DNA of 64,000 nucleotides, from NCBI GenBank assembly GCA_964561325.1, contig CAZLPE010000001.1:286-64285 (forward strand). The letters run 5' to 3'. A model generated the notes under the pieces. The model ran no database searches and had not been told where the DNA came from. It saw nothing but the letters and a program-made list of their open reading frames with translations. The translations under genes and the position numbers were made by a program. Source of the DNA: an uncultured Flavipsychrobacter sp. (GTDB lineage Bacteria; Bacteroidota; Bacteroidia; Chitinophagales; Chitinophagaceae). Positions 40,478 through 51,656 of the stretch are shown here, piece by piece (the first letter of the stretch is position 1; each line of letters starts with the position of its first letter).

Positions 40478-42064
40478 TTGCATAGCCACACACCGCAGAA
40501 TACATACAATATGGAGCCTAAAGTAATAAAAACCGACTCTGGTATAGAAATAAAAGAAGTGTATTGCGAACCAGTAAAAATGGATGAGCTACCCGGACAG
40601 TTTCCCTTCACAAGGGGCGTTCATGCCGCCATGTATCGCGACAGGATGTGGACAATGCGCCAGTACGCAGGATTTAGCACCGCTGAGGAGTCGAACAAGC
40701 GGTATCATTTTTTGTTGAGTCAGGGAGTAAGCGGTCTGTCGGTTGCCTTCGATTTGCCTACCCAAATAGGTTACGACTCCGACCATCCTATGTCGGAGGG
40801 CGAAGTAGGCAAGGTAGGCGTTGCTATAGATTCGCTACAGGATATGGAGTTGCTGTTTAAGGACATAAAACTTGCTGACATATCTACATCTATGACAATT
40901 AATGCTACTGGTTTTATACTTCTGTCGTTGTATATAGCATTGGCAAAAAAGCAGGGTGCAGACATCAAAAAAATATCAGGCACTATACAGAACGATATAT
41001 TGAAAGAATATGCAGCGCGCGGCACTTACATCTACCCTCCGGCGCCATCTATGCGTCTTATAACAGATATTTTTGAGTACTGTAGTAAAGAAACGCCAAA
41101 GTGGAACACAATATCTATTTCGGGGTACCACATACGCGAGGCTGGCGCAAATGCTGTGCAAGAACTTGCTTTTACGCTCGCAAACGGAAAAGCATATCTT
41201 CAGGCTGCAATAGCTAAGCAGCTGGATATCAATAACTTTGGACAGAGATTGTCTTTCTTCTTCAATGCGCACAACAATCTATTTGAGGAAGTTGCAAAGT
41301 TTAGAGCCGCCAGAAGAATGTGGGCAAAAATAACCAAAGACCTCGGAGCTACCGACCCCAGAGCGCAAATGCTTCGTTTCCATACACAAACGGGCGGCAG
41401 CACACTCACTGCGCAACAACCCAAAAATAACATTGTGCGCGTAGCGCTGCAAGGTCTGTCTGCTGTATTGGGAGGTACCCAGTCGCTGCACACAAACGGC
41501 TACGACGAAGCGCTATCGTTGCCAACCGAAGAGGCGGCATCTTTGGCATTACGTACGCAACAGATACTTGCGTTCGAAAGCGGCGCTACAGATACCGTTG
41601 ATCCGCTTGCCGGCTCTTATTATGTAGAAGCGCTAACCAATGAAGTGGAAGCGGCGGCATGGAAGCTCATTGATAAAATAGACGCCATGGGCGGCGCAGT
41701 AAAGGCCATAGAGCACCACTTTATGCAAGACGAAATTGCCCGTAGCGCTTACGCCTATAACAAAGCAATAGAAGACAAGAGCAAAATAATTGTTGGCGTC
41801 AACAAATTTACTTCTACAGAAACAGCGCGCCCCCCAGTTTTCAGAATAGATGATTCCATCAGGATAACACAATCTGAAAAGCTAAAAAAACTACGCGCAG
41901 AAAGAAACAACGATGCGGCAATGGAATGTTTGGCAACACTGAAACAAAAAGCGCAAACAGATGAAAACCTGATGCCGTTTGTTATAACAGCAGTTGAAAA
42001 CTTATGCACCCTCGGCGAAATTGCGGACACGCTTCGCGAAGTATGGGGAGAATACAAAGGATAG
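40478..42064 (+). CDS. Methylmalonyl-CoA mutase, catalytic (large) subunit without a B12-binding domain
   Basis: [61 protein letters not shown]; ends LREVWGEY. Confidence 0.92.
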   Translation: MHSHTPQNTYNMEPKVIKTDSGIEIKEVYCEPVKMDELPGQFPFTRGVHAAMYRDRMWTMRQYAGFSTAEESNKRYHFLLSQGVSGLSVAFDLPTQIGYDSDHPMSEGEVGKVGVAIDSLQDMELLFKDIKLADISTSMTINATGFILLSLYIALAKKQGADIKKISGTIQNDILKEYAARGTYIYPPAPSMRLITDIFEYCSKETPKWNTISISGYHIREAGANAVQELAFTLANGKAYLQAAIAKQLDINNFGQRLSFFFNAHNNLFEEVAKFRAARRMWAKITKDLGATDPRAQMLRFHTQTGGSTLTAQQPKNNIVRVALQGLSAVLGGTQSLHTNGYDEALSLPTEEAASLALRTQQILAFESGATDTVDPLAGSYYVEALTNEVEAAAWKLIDKIDAMGGAVKAIEHHFMQDEIARSAYAYNKAIEDKSKIIVGVNKFTSTETARPPVFRIDDSIRITQSEKLKKLRAERNNDAAMECLATLKQKAQTDENLMPFVITAVENLCTLGEIADTLREVWGEYKG

Positions 42065-42151
42065 ATATATAACCATAAAAAACAAGGATATCAATAACGA
42101 CTTTTTACCCGTCGTTTGCTGAAATTACTAAATCTGCCTTACCTTAGCCAC

Positions 42152-43633
42152 ATGCAAAAAATACTGATCGCCAATCGTGGCGAGATTGCTATGCGCGTAA
42201 TGCGTACTGCTAAAGAAATGGGAATAAAAACTGTAGCAGTTTTCTCTGAAGCCGACAGGAATATGCCTTTTGTGAGATATGCCGACGAAGCAGTGTGTAT
42301 TGGCCCTGCATTGTCGTCGCAATCATATCTTAGAGCCGATAAAATCATTGCAGCTGCCCTCAAGACCGGCGCGCAGGGTATTCATCCGGGTTACGGCTTT
42401 CTAAGCGAGAATGCAGCATTTTCAAAAGCGGTTACAGAAGCCGGACTGATATTTATTGGTCCTTCTGAGCACTCAATAGAAACTATGGGCAGCAAAATTG
42501 GCGCTAAACAGGCTGCCAAGAAATTTGATGTACCCATGGTGCCGGGCACAGAGGAACCAATAAGCGATGTAAATGCTGCCAGGGAAATAGCCAACAAAAT
42601 TGGCTACCCTATATTGGTAAAAGCGTCTGCAGGCGGCGGCGGCAAAGGCATGCGTGTAGTTAATAGCGACGATGAGTTTGAGGAACAGATTCGCGCCGCA
42701 AAAAGCGAAGCCCTGAGCGCATTTGGCAACGACGATGTGTTTATTGAAAAATACGTTGGTTCGCCCAAACATATCGAGATACAAATAATGGGCGATCAGC
42801 ATGGCAATTATGTTTACCTTTTTGAGCGGGAATGCAGCATTCAGCGCCGGCATCAAAAACTGGTAGAGGAGGCTCCGTCAAGTTGCCTTACGCCGGAAAT
42901 TCGTAAAAGAATGGGCGAATGTGCAGTTGCTGTTGCAAAATCTTGCAATTATTATGGCGCCGGCACTGTTGAGTTTCTGGTAGACGAGCGCCTGAATTTT
43001 TACTTCCTGGAAATGAATACGCGCCTACAGGTGGAACATTGCGTGACCGAAATGATAACAGGCATTGATCTTGTTAAAGAACAAATCAATGTGGCTCGCG
43101 GCAATAACCTGTCTTTTACACAGGATGATCTTACTATTACAGGTCATGCCATAGAACTGCGCGTATGCGCCGAAGACCCGATGAACAATTTCCTTCCCGA
43201 CACAGGTTCGCTCGAAATGTATCAGCCGCCTAAAGGCCCGGGGGTGCGCGTTGACGATGGTTATGAGGAAGGAATGGCTATACCTATTTTTTACGACCCA
43301 ATGATTGCTAAGCTGGTTGCCTATGGCGCTACACGTGACGAGGCAATAGACCGACTGTGCAGGGCGATAGACGAATATTACATTAAGGGCATCAACACCA
43401 CATTGCGTTTTGGTAAATGGGCTGTGCAAACCGAACCATTCAGAACCGGCAACTTTGATACAAAATTTATAGAAAAATACTATAAACCTGAATACCTGAA
43501 TACCAATGCACCGGAAGTAGACGAAGTTGCTGCCCTACTCGCTGCTGCGATTTGGGAAAACGACAAAAAAAGCGACAAGACCACAACGCTCATTGCCAAT
43601 AATATTAGCAAGTGGAAAATAAACAGAAAATAA
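42152..43633 (+). CDS. accC: Biotin carboxylase subunit of an acyl-CoA carboxylase
   Basis: KILIANRGEIA, HPGYGFLSEN, GGGGKGMR, ECSIQRRHQK, FLEMNTRLQVEH; no biotinyl domain. Acetyl- versus propionyl-CoA partner not determinable. Confidence 0.88.
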   Translation: MQKILIANRGEIAMRVMRTAKEMGIKTVAVFSEADRNMPFVRYADEAVCIGPALSSQSYLRADKIIAAALKTGAQGIHPGYGFLSENAAFSKAVTEAGLIFIGPSEHSIETMGSKIGAKQAAKKFDVPMVPGTEEPISDVNAAREIANKIGYPILVKASAGGGGKGMRVVNSDDEFEEQIRAAKSEALSAFGNDDVFIEKYVGSPKHIEIQIMGDQHGNYVYLFERECSIQRRHQKLVEEAPSSCLTPEIRKRMGECAVAVAKSCNYYGAGTVEFLVDERLNFYFLEMNTRLQVEHCVTEMITGIDLVKEQINVARGNNLSFTQDDLTITGHAIELRVCAEDPMNNFLPDTGSLEMYQPPKGPGVRVDDGYEEGMAIPIFYDPMIAKLVAYGATRDEAIDRLCRAIDEYYIKGINTTLRFGKWAVQTEPFRTGNFDTKFIEKYYKPEYLNTNAPEVDEVAALLAAAIWENDKKSDKTTTLIANNISKWKINRK

Positions 43634-43654
43634 CAGTATACATTCTTTTTCCTT

Positions 43655-43689
43655 CGGGCCGCTGCATCGTCAGTGGCCCGTTGTTTTTT
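43655..43689 (+). terminator. Terminator after accC
   Basis: cgggccgctg...cagtggcccg followed by ttgtttttt. Confidence 0.7.
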
Positions 43690-43747
43690 AACTACGATTA
43701 TATAGGTATGCGCTACTGATTGGCGAACAACTATGTTGTGGATAGAA

Positions 43748-43755
43748 TAACTTTG
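43748..43755 (+). promoter_or_regulatory. -7 element for nadE
   Basis: TAACTTTG. Confidence 0.55.
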
Positions 43756-43784
43756 CTACTCTAAAATACCCGTAAGAGCGCATT

Positions 43785-45464
43785 ATGAATATATATATTG
43801 CCCAACAAAACTATCATATAGGTAATTTTGAAGCTAATACTGCAAAAATAATTGTTGCGATAGAGGAAGCTAAAGCCAATGGCGGCGACCTTATTGTTTT
43901 TTCTGAATTGGCCGTATGCGGATATCCGCCAAGAGATTTCTTGGAGTTTAATGACTTTATTGATCAATGCCAGAATGCCATTAAAGAAATAGCCAAACAT
44001 ACTACCACGATTGGCGTGATTGTAGGTTGCCCTACAAGAAATCCTAAATCAGAAGGTAAAGACCTTTTTAATAGCGCGTACTTGCTTCACGAAGGCACGA
44101 TAAAAGGAGTATGCCACAAAACACTACTCCCTACCTACGATATTTTTGACGAATACAGATACTTTGAACCCGCATACGAATGGAATGTGTTGGAATTCAA
44201 AGGAATGAAACTGGCAGTAACCATATGCGAAGATATCTGGAATCTGGGCGACAACCCACTGTACCGCATTTGCCCAATGGATGTGCTTGCTTTGCAACAG
44301 CCAGATATAATGATAAACCTGAGCGCATCGCCATTTGATTACTTACACGCAAGCGACAGAAAGGAAATAGTAAAGGCAAATGCGCTTAAGTATGGACTAC
44401 CTATTGTGTATTGCAACACCACGGGCTCGCAAACAGAAATTGTTTTCGACGGAGGCTCGTTGGCTGCTACTGCCGATGGCGCTATTATTTGTGAAATGCC
44501 TTACTTCAGCGAAAGCCTGCAAAAGGTAATATGGACGGGTAATACCTTGGAAGCAGACATAACGCAAAGCGCAAACACTAACGTTCAAAAGAACACAAAC
44601 GAAGCAGACGTGCTGTATGCCGAACTGAACACAGATAAAATACATCTGGCTCTGTTATCTGGCATCAGGGATTATTTTGGCAAAATGGGCTTTAAAAAGG
44701 CAATTGTCGCATCTTCAGGCGGCATAGACAGCGCGGTGGTACTTGCGCTTGCCTGCGAAGCCTTAGGGCCTGAAAATGTAACGGCGCTGCTCATGCCGTC
44801 CCAATTTTCAACTGGTCACTCGGTTAGCGATGCTGTACAGCTTTCCCGCAACTTGAACAACCATTATGAACTTATAGCCATCAAGCCTATTTTTGACGCC
44901 TACGAGACCGCTCTACAACCAGCATTTAAAGACCTTCCGTTTAATGTTGCGGAAGAAAACCTGCAATCGCGTATACGCGGAGGCCTTGTTATGGCTATGG
45001 CCAATAAATTTGGCTACATACTCCTTAATACCTCCAATAAAAGCGAACTGGCCACGGGATATGGCACATTGTATGGCGACATGGCTGGCGGCTTAGGCGT
45101 ATTGGGCGATCTGTACAAAGTACAGGTATATGCCATGGCTCGGTATTTAAACCGAAATGGTGAAATAATACCGCAAAACATAATAGACAAAGCCCCTAGC
45201 GCCGAACTGAGAGACGGGCAAAAAGACAGCGACAGCCTACCCGACTATGGCGTGCTCGACCCGATATTGTATCAGTATATAGAACGTAGAAAAGGTCCAA
45301 AAGACATCATAGATATGGGCAACGACCCTGCTCTGGTAAATCGCATTTTGAAGCTTGTAAACAATAACGAATACAAGCGCAATCAATTTTGCCCGATAAT
45401 CAGGGTGTCGCCAAAGGCATTTGGCATTGGTCGCAGAGTGCCAATTGTAGGAAAGTACCTTTAG
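43785..45464 (+). CDS. nadE: Glutamine-dependent NAD+ synthetase
   Basis: Nitrilase triad (ELAV, KTLLP, ICEDIW) plus SSGGIDSA, NLQSRIRG, NKSE and PSAELR motifs. Confidence 0.96.
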   Translation: MNIYIAQQNYHIGNFEANTAKIIVAIEEAKANGGDLIVFSELAVCGYPPRDFLEFNDFIDQCQNAIKEIAKHTTTIGVIVGCPTRNPKSEGKDLFNSAYLLHEGTIKGVCHKTLLPTYDIFDEYRYFEPAYEWNVLEFKGMKLAVTICEDIWNLGDNPLYRICPMDVLALQQPDIMINLSASPFDYLHASDRKEIVKANALKYGLPIVYCNTTGSQTEIVFDGGSLAATADGAIICEMPYFSESLQKVIWTGNTLEADITQSANTNVQKNTNEADVLYAELNTDKIHLALLSGIRDYFGKMGFKKAIVASSGGIDSAVVLALACEALGPENVTALLMPSQFSTGHSVSDAVQLSRNLNNHYELIAIKPIFDAYETALQPAFKDLPFNVAEENLQSRIRGGLVMAMANKFGYILLNTSNKSELATGYGTLYGDMAGGLGVLGDLYKVQVYAMARYLNRNGEIIPQNIIDKAPSAELRDGQKDSDSLPDYGVLDPILYQYIERRKGPKDIIDMGNDPALVNRILKLVNNNEYKRNQFCPIIRVSPKAFGIGRRVPIVGKYL

Positions 45465-45473
45465 TTTTTCTAT

Positions 45474-45524
45474 AAAAACAAACACGCTTATTGGCTTGGA
45501 TGGCTAATAAGCGTGTTTGTTTTT
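45474..45524. terminator. Bidirectional terminator, nadE / gld operon
   Basis: Perfect 19-bp inverted repeat aaaaacaaacacgcttatt/aataagcgtgtttgttttt. Confidence 0.82.
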
Positions 45525-45536
45525 ATGGGGAACAGA

Positions 45537-46616
45537 CTACTTGTGCATCATTACATTCTTAGGCGTTTCTTCTTTTGGCGCATTAGGGTCGGCTACCGCA
45601 TCTTTAGAATAGAATTCGTATGCCTTCCTGAATATACGATCAAATACGAAATGCTGAATCATAATGGTATCCTTGAAATCGTTGATAACAGCATACATTC
45701 TGTCTGCGTCATAATCGTCTGGCACATCCGGATTGGTAACATTTACGTTCTTACTACGCTTATTAATAGCCATCCAGAAAATATCTACCCTTTGGTGTTG
45801 GCCATGCATGCCGTGCAGCTCGATTGTAGAATGTTTGGGCGCAGTAGCCAAAGAAGAATCCATATCGCCGAGTCCGTTAAGGTATCCCTCGCAATTTACA
45901 TTGCCAAAGTATTTCAAATAGACGTTTGCTCTACGTTCGTTTAATGGATCTAAATGCCTGGTAACATTGGTATCTGCATCCACTACGAGTTTGCCATTGT
46001 TGCGAAGAATGGTAAATGAATTAATGGGCTTTTCGGCGTAATGCATCGAAACGCTTTTGATTTCTTCCGGAGCTATATTAAAAATTGTCCTGTCGCGCCA
46101 ATCCTTTAGTTTAGAAGTAAAACGAGAAGTAAGATAGCCGCTAAAACCGTCGACGTGAATAACATAGGGCTGCGTAGCGCCTTCCAGCAGCATATTGGTA
46201 CCGGTATTGTTTACAGACACACCACCTACATAAAACACTTTCATCTTCTTTCCTGTACGATCGTATACCTCCACTTTTATACCATCTGTCGACAAATTCT
46301 TTATCGCCACATCATGCGCCGATTGGGTAACCGGATAAAGTGCATATTGTTTGTAGAAGGTTTCCAGAATAAGGTCGAGCGTACTTTTTAAAGCTTTATA
46401 CTGTTTGTTCACCATCCATCCGCTATCGGTGCGCTCTACCGTCACCGACTCGCCATCGTGCGCAGCTATAAATATTTTGCCAATAGAGGCCGTGTCTTTT
46501 ATGGTAAAACCTGCTTCGGTAGGGCTATATGGACTTTCCGGCTTCTTAATCAAAAAGTAATATACGGCAAAACCCAAAAAACCGAGAATCACTAAATACA
46601 AAGCTGTTTTGCGCAT
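45537..46616 (-). CDS. DUF4340-like protein in the gld operon
   Basis: N-terminal anchor, KVFYVGG and WRDRTIF motifs; directly downstream of gldG. Confidence 0.72.
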   Translation of the reverse strand: MRKTALYLVILGFLGFAVYYFLIKKPESPYSPTEAGFTIKDTASIGKIFIAAHDGESVTVERTDSGWMVNKQYKALKSTLDLILETFYKQYALYPVTQSAHDVAIKNLSTDGIKVEVYDRTGKKMKVFYVGGVSVNNTGTNMLLEGATQPYVIHVDGFSGYLTSRFTSKLKDWRDRTIFNIAPEEIKSVSMHYAEKPINSFTILRNNGKLVVDADTNVTRHLDPLNERRANVYLKYFGNVNCEGYLNGLGDMDSSLATAPKHSTIELHGMHGQHQRVDIFWMAINKRSKNVNVTNPDVPDDYDADRMYAVINDFKDTIMIQHFVFDRIFRKAYEFYSKDAVADPNAPKEETPKNVMMHK

Positions 46617-46617
46617 T

Positions 46618-48348
46618 TTAAGAAGAAGTTTTAGTGGTTATAGGTTTAGTTTCATACCTGCGTTTTCTTATGAACATATAAAACGAAGCAAATACAAGAA
46701 CAGCTACTATCGGGATTGCTACGTTGACCGTTTGCCATTTCGTTTGCTCGTCTTTTGCTCTTCCATTATCCAGCAAACGCAGTTTCATTTGTTTCGATCT
46801 TGCTTCCAGCACTCCGGAATTATCTGTCAGGTATTCCAGACAGTTTAGCAAAAAACGCTTGTTGGCAAAATATTCGCCGGTCCATTTATTATAACCCATA
46901 GGTAGCAGGCCACCCTTTACCGAATAATCGCTTGTAAATACATCGCCTATAGATACTACTATCATTTTGTTGCCGCTATCGCACACTGCTTTAAATGGCG
47001 CCTTTATAGAATCGAGCAACTTTAAATATTCAGGCGCAAGAATATTGTTGTAAGCCGAATGAAACTTACCCTCAAGCAACATGGCCACCGGTAAATACGA
47101 CTTGTTGAACATCTCGTATTTAAGCGGAAAATTCATGATGGAAAGGCTTACGCGGGTTGGAGTAAACGATTTCAAGCTGTACTTTGATGATTGTAGCAGC
47201 GTTGTCTTTTTAATACCCGCTGTGCGTATTGTGTCGATAGTATTGGTAAATCCACCCAATACATAATCCATGTTCCTCACAATTTGGTGATCGGCAGTTG
47301 GATTCAAGCGTGGAAAATAAGGCCAATCGCGGCTTTGCGCCACGTCATTTTCCGGTTTCCGTCCCAACTGAACACATTGCATGTCTTCAAGCAAATCATT
47401 ATTTACACGCACACCGTATTTAAACAACAAATCGTCTATTTCCAGCGGCATATCCATAGCTATAAACTGCGATGCATTACGGAGGCTATCAAGAGATGCA
47501 TTCACTTTATTCAATGCCCAAAGCACACGCCCGCCGCGCATAATGTACTGGTCTATCTTAAGCTTCTCAGGTCCCGTAAACGGAGTTGTGGGCGAGGCTA
47601 TGATAATGGCATCGTATGCGCGCGATATCTGAAATACGTGAGTAAGATCTACCGTATCGAGTATGTAGTAGTGGGGCAAGGTAGCCAGCATATCGTATGC
47701 TTTTATACCCAGATCTTCGCCATTTCCTGTTATGTAGGCTATGCGTGTAATATCAGGTTTGTTCAGTGCATTGATAGCGCTGGCAAACTTGTATTCCAAC
47801 ATAGCTTCTGCATAACTGATTTTCTCGGCTGCCGATTTATTTGGCGGGTCTTCCAGCAACATAATTGGCACTTCCTTGCCATTGTATTGCATATAGGCAT
47901 ACGGGAAAAACACTTTTGATGAATAATCCTCATCTTCACGCACATCAAGTTGCAACGCCTTTACACCTTTGCCGCTTAAATCGTGAATAATCTGCTTTTT
48001 TTCTTCAGTAGACTTACCCTCCAGCGGATCAATAAAACGGAATACAATTTTTGCCCCTGCTATATCTTTAAATGAGGTCAATCTTTCGCGAATAGCCTCT
48101 TGCAACCGCTGCAACTGCGCCGGGAACTTACCTTGCAGGTATACGTCTACAACGGCTACCTCCTTCATGTTTTTCAACAATGTTCGGGTAGGGTCTGAGA
48201 GTGTGAAACGCTTTTCCTGCGTAAGGTCGAGTCCGGAATGGAAATAGGATGCAAGAATATTAACACAAAGCAGTATTGCCGCCATCATTAATATGCGGAT
48301 ACGCGCGTGTGCCTGTTTTTGATTCTTATTAGATGTATTTTTAGCCAT
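46618..48348 (-). CDS. gldG: Gliding motility ABC transporter accessory protein GldG
   Basis: DLTQEKRFTLS, EAMLEYKFASAI, IDQYIMRGG, ANKRFLLNCLEYL and C-terminal TM; start set at MAKNTS. Confidence 0.9.
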   Translation of the reverse strand: MAKNTSNKNQKQAHARIRILMMAAILLCVNILASYFHSGLDLTQEKRFTLSDPTRTLLKNMKEVAVVDVYLQGKFPAQLQRLQEAIRERLTSFKDIAGAKIVFRFIDPLEGKSTEEKKQIIHDLSGKGVKALQLDVREDEDYSSKVFFPYAYMQYNGKEVPIMLLEDPPNKSAAEKISYAEAMLEYKFASAINALNKPDITRIAYITGNGEDLGIKAYDMLATLPHYYILDTVDLTHVFQISRAYDAIIIASPTTPFTGPEKLKIDQYIMRGGRVLWALNKVNASLDSLRNASQFIAMDMPLEIDDLLFKYGVRVNNDLLEDMQCVQLGRKPENDVAQSRDWPYFPRLNPTADHQIVRNMDYVLGGFTNTIDTIRTAGIKKTTLLQSSKYSLKSFTPTRVSLSIMNFPLKYEMFNKSYLPVAMLLEGKFHSAYNNILAPEYLKLLDSIKAPFKAVCDSGNKMIVVSIGDVFTSDYSVKGGLLPMGYNKWTGEYFANKRFLLNCLEYLTDNSGVLEARSKQMKLRLLDNGRAKDEQTKWQTVNVAIPIVAVLVFASFYMFIRKRRYETKPITTKTSS

Positions 48349-48359
48349 AAGCCGCAATC

Positions 48360-49109
48360 TTAACTCATTCTGCCAGCGCCCTTTGTGCGGTTGCTTAGTG
48401 AAAAACGGGTAAGAGATATAAAAAATATGATTACCGAAAGAAAATAAACTACGTCGCGAGAATCTATGAGCCCCCTGCTGATGGAATTGTAATGAAACTC
48501 CATACCTATCATGCTCAGGTAATAATCTATACCTTCAGAAAATTTAGGCAGCTTACTGAGTTGCTCAAAACCTGTATAAAGCAGATAGCAGGATAGCAAA
48601 GAAATTAGGAATCCTACAACCTGATTAGAAGTAAGCGAAGAACAAAAAATGCCGACAGAGCCAAAAGTTGCAGCTAAAAAAAACAAACCTACATACGAAC
48701 CTATCAGTCCGCCAGTGTCGAGGCCTACATCGGGGAAGGACAAATTGCTGATTGTGTATACGTAAATAAACGTTGGAATTATTGCAAACAGTATCAGGGC
48801 CAGTGTGGCAAGGTATTTACCCACTATGATGTCTATATCTGTAAGCGGCTTGGTAGATAGCCACTCTATTGTGCCGGTACGAAACTCGTCGGCAAAAGAG
48901 CGCATGGTAACTGCCGGCACAAGTAACAACAAAAGCCAGGGGGCAATACCAAAAAAACGATCGAGGTTGGCATAGCCATACCCAAGTATACTGTATTCCG
49001 GAATTATCCATAAAAACAGACCGCAGGCTACCAAAAACACTAACAAAGCCACATAGCCAACTATGGAACTAAAGAAAGAATTGATTTCCTTAATAAAAAT
49101 ACTACGCAT
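48360..49109 (-). CDS. gldF: Gliding motility ABC transporter permease GldF
   Basis: KEINSFFSS, PAVTMRSFADE..TGTIEWL, NQVVGF and RGLIDSRDVVYF; TATATTTG box at 49134-49141 supports the MRSIF start. Confidence 0.92.
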   Translation of the reverse strand: MRSIFIKEINSFFSSIVGYVALLVFLVACGLFLWIIPEYSILGYGYANLDRFFGIAPWLLLLLVPAVTMRSFADEFRTGTIEWLSTKPLTDIDIIVGKYLATLALILFAIIPTFIYVYTISNLSFPDVGLDTGGLIGSYVGLFFLAATFGSVGIFCSSLTSNQVVGFLISLLSCYLLYTGFEQLSKLPKFSEGIDYYLSMIGMEFHYNSISRGLIDSRDVVYFLSVIIFFISLTRFSLSNRTKGAGRMS

Positions 49110-49253
49110 TAGGAGGAAATGTTCAAAGAAGGGCAAATATAATAAAACCCAACCGCAATCAATATTTTAAGGAAACTGTAAAAGTTAAAATTTAGCGCTG
49201 CGCAACTTATATTTATACAAGCCTATCACGCAGTTCTATTGTTATTCTTTATG

Positions 49254-49958
49254 CTAACCGTGTGTAAAAAGCCTAGCAATAAAAAATGCTGCCGCAGCGG
49301 CAACCGATCCAATCAGGGCCACCCGTACTGCCCCACTCCATGGGTTCTGCCCGGTAACTTTGGCCTTGAAAAAACCAAAAACTAACAAACAGACCACAGT
49401 AATGATTGCTGATAATTTTAAGCCCTGAAGTGGAAGAGTAGTAAAAAAATAAGGTGATAATGGAACAATACCGCCAACAATATATGATATGCCAATATTC
49501 ATAGCGCTTTTGGCAGCCCGTTTAGCATCTGGCTGTTCTAACCCCAGCTCGTAACGCATCATAAATTCCACCCATTTGGCCTTGTCTTTAGCCATTTCTT
49601 CTACTATCTGATGCTGGGTTTCTAAACTCAGCCCCATTTCTGCAAAAATCTCTCTTACTTCTTCTTTTTCACGTTCCGGCAGATTGTCTACTTCCCACTG
49701 CTCTCGCTTTAGTTCAGAGTTATAGTGGTCTATTTCTGTTTTGCCGGCAAGGTATCCGCCCAAGCCCATTGCAATAGAACCGGCAACAACCTCGGCAAGA
49801 CCTGCCACAACGATTACTGCATTATCATGCACCGCCCCGCTAAGGCCTGCTGCAAGCGCAAACGGCACAGTGAGACCATCGCTCATCCCTATTACAATAT
49901 CTGTAAGTAAATCGGAACTCTTAAAGTGGTTTTCACTATGAGGAACGTGGGTGTGCAT
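49254..49958 (-). CDS. VIT1/CCC1 family Fe/Mn exporter
   Basis: DIVIGMSDGLTVPFALAAG, SMG-like IAMGLGGYLA and MMRYELGL motifs. Confidence 0.93.
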   Translation of the reverse strand: MHTHVPHSENHFKSSDLLTDIVIGMSDGLTVPFALAAGLSGAVHDNAVIVVAGLAEVVAGSIAMGLGGYLAGKTEIDHYNSELKREQWEVDNLPEREKEEVREIFAEMGLSLETQHQIVEEMAKDKAKWVEFMMRYELGLEQPDAKRAAKSAMNIGISYIVGGIVPLSPYFFTTLPLQGLKLSAIITVVCLLVFGFFKAKVTGQNPWSGAVRVALIGSVAAAAAFFIARLFTHG

Positions 49959-50020
49959 ATATTACCATTTAAAAAACTAAAACGAAGATCTTGTTGCTAT
50001 TGAAAATATCGCTAATTCTG

Positions 50021-51535
50021 CTAATGCACCTCATGCATCAACTTCTTAACCATCGGCGACAACAAAACAAGCAGTACGCCGCCTATCAGCGCATACATAG
50101 CCAGTTGTTTATAACCTTCGGTGTACGACATCATTTTCTCTGTAAGCGACGCTTTCTCGTTTACAGTGCTCATACCCGCTCCCAGGATTCCGGCTGCATA
50201 CTGGCCATAAGCGCTTGCCAAAAACCACATACCCATCATCATACCATGTAGTGGTTTGGGCGCAAGCGTGGTCATCAGAGATAACCCTATAGGCGACAGG
50301 CATAATTCACCTATTGTAATCACCAGATAGGCCAGCGTAAACACATTGAGCGATGTATATCCGGCTGCGTCTGCAAAAAAACGGGTGTAGTAGAAAACGT
50401 AGAATGCCACGCTCAGAAATAAAAATCCAAGTCCAAATTTTATTATTGTATTGGGTTCAATCTTTCTACTACTCATCCACAACCATAACAGGCCAAAAAC
50501 CGGACTAAGCAGAATAACAAACAGCGAGTTGGCAGAGTTGTTTACTTCGTTAGGGTCTATTGGAAGATCAATATTGCCAATGTGCATAACTACCGGGTGA
50601 AAGTTATACCGTGCAAACAGACTTAAAGACCCTCCGGCCTGCTCGAAAAATGCCCAGAAAAAAACAGAAAATATAATAAAGACCAATGCTGCTGTAAGTT
50701 TCTGACGCTCTACTTTGTTGTACTTAAACATTTCGTAAACAATGTACAGCAATGCAGCAGGCCCCACTATGTACATGAAAATGTCTGTATAAGCTGTATT
50801 GGAAACCAACAATAAAATAAAGGGTATTACCAGAAGAGAGCCTGCATAAACCATTAAATCGTATGTTTTGATCTTTGCGGATGGCAGCTTGCCTAAAAAT
50901 GGTGAAAAACCGATAGGCCCCAGCGTACGCTTTGTAAAAATGAATATACCTAAGCCCAAAGCCATGCCAAAGCCCGCCAACGAAAACGCTGCATTCCAAG
51001 AATAATGATTAGCTATGTTGATACACAAATATCCCCCCAGCAAAGCGCCAATGTTGATGCCTGAATAAAACAAACCAAATCCTGCGTCGCGCCGCGGATC
51101 GCCTGCTTTATACAAACTGCCTACCATTGTAGAGATATTAGGCTTAAAAAAGCCCGTGCCAACTATCGTAAAGCTGATACCCATATAGTACAACTTTTCC
51201 GGCGAAAACGCCAGGGTAAAACTGCCGATAATCATTAGAATACCACCCCAGAATATAGACTTGCGAAACCCTAATATCTTATCGGCAAAAAAACCGCCAA
51301 TAAACGCCATGGTGTATATAAAAGCTTGTATGGCGCCATATTTCAGATTAGCTTCTTTTTCTGACAACAGGAGCTTTTCTACCATAAAAATGGTCAACAT
51401 ACCCCTCATGCCATAAAATGCAAATCGCTCCCACATCTCAGAAAGGAAAAGATACCATAATTGCTTTGGGTATTTTCCCTTAAAATTCTGAATCTGCTCT
51501 AAGGTTGTCGCATTTGCCTCTTTTATTACGTCCAT
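50021..51535 (-). CDS. POT/PTR proton-coupled oligopeptide transporter
   Basis: EMWERFAFYG (ExxER), GFFKPNIS, FFWAFFEQAG and GELCLSPIGLS motifs. Confidence 0.94.
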   Translation of the reverse strand: MDVIKEANATTLEQIQNFKGKYPKQLWYLFLSEMWERFAFYGMRGMLTIFMVEKLLLSEKEANLKYGAIQAFIYTMAFIGGFFADKILGFRKSIFWGGILMIIGSFTLAFSPEKLYYMGISFTIVGTGFFKPNISTMVGSLYKAGDPRRDAGFGLFYSGINIGALLGGYLCINIANHYSWNAAFSLAGFGMALGLGIFIFTKRTLGPIGFSPFLGKLPSAKIKTYDLMVYAGSLLVIPFILLLVSNTAYTDIFMYIVGPAALLYIVYEMFKYNKVERQKLTAALVFIIFSVFFWAFFEQAGGSLSLFARYNFHPVVMHIGNIDLPIDPNEVNNSANSLFVILLSPVFGLLWLWMSSRKIEPNTIIKFGLGFLFLSVAFYVFYYTRFFADAAGYTSLNVFTLAYLVITIGELCLSPIGLSLMTTLAPKPLHGMMMGMWFLASAYGQYAAGILGAGMSTVNEKASLTEKMMSYTEGYKQLAMYALIGGVLLVLLSPMVKKLMHEVH

Positions 51536-51602
51536 TTTGATTGCTTGTTTTTGCGGTTGGCTAAAGTTCTGAAAATAACCCGAATTATCATTGCCTTCAA
51601 AA

Positions 51603-51632
51603 AAAATGGCAGGGATGAGCCCCTGCCATTTT
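51603..51632 (-). terminator. Hairpin between the tandem POT genes
   Basis: aaaatggcaggg...ccctgccatttt. Confidence 0.65.
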
Positions 51633-51656
51633 CATAAAAAACAATCTATATATCTA

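Noticed and set aside
47284-47919. 211-aa plus-strand ORF and the other short alternative-frame ORFs in the track
   Set aside because: They lie wholly within well-supported genes on the other strand or frame and carry no recognisable motifs.
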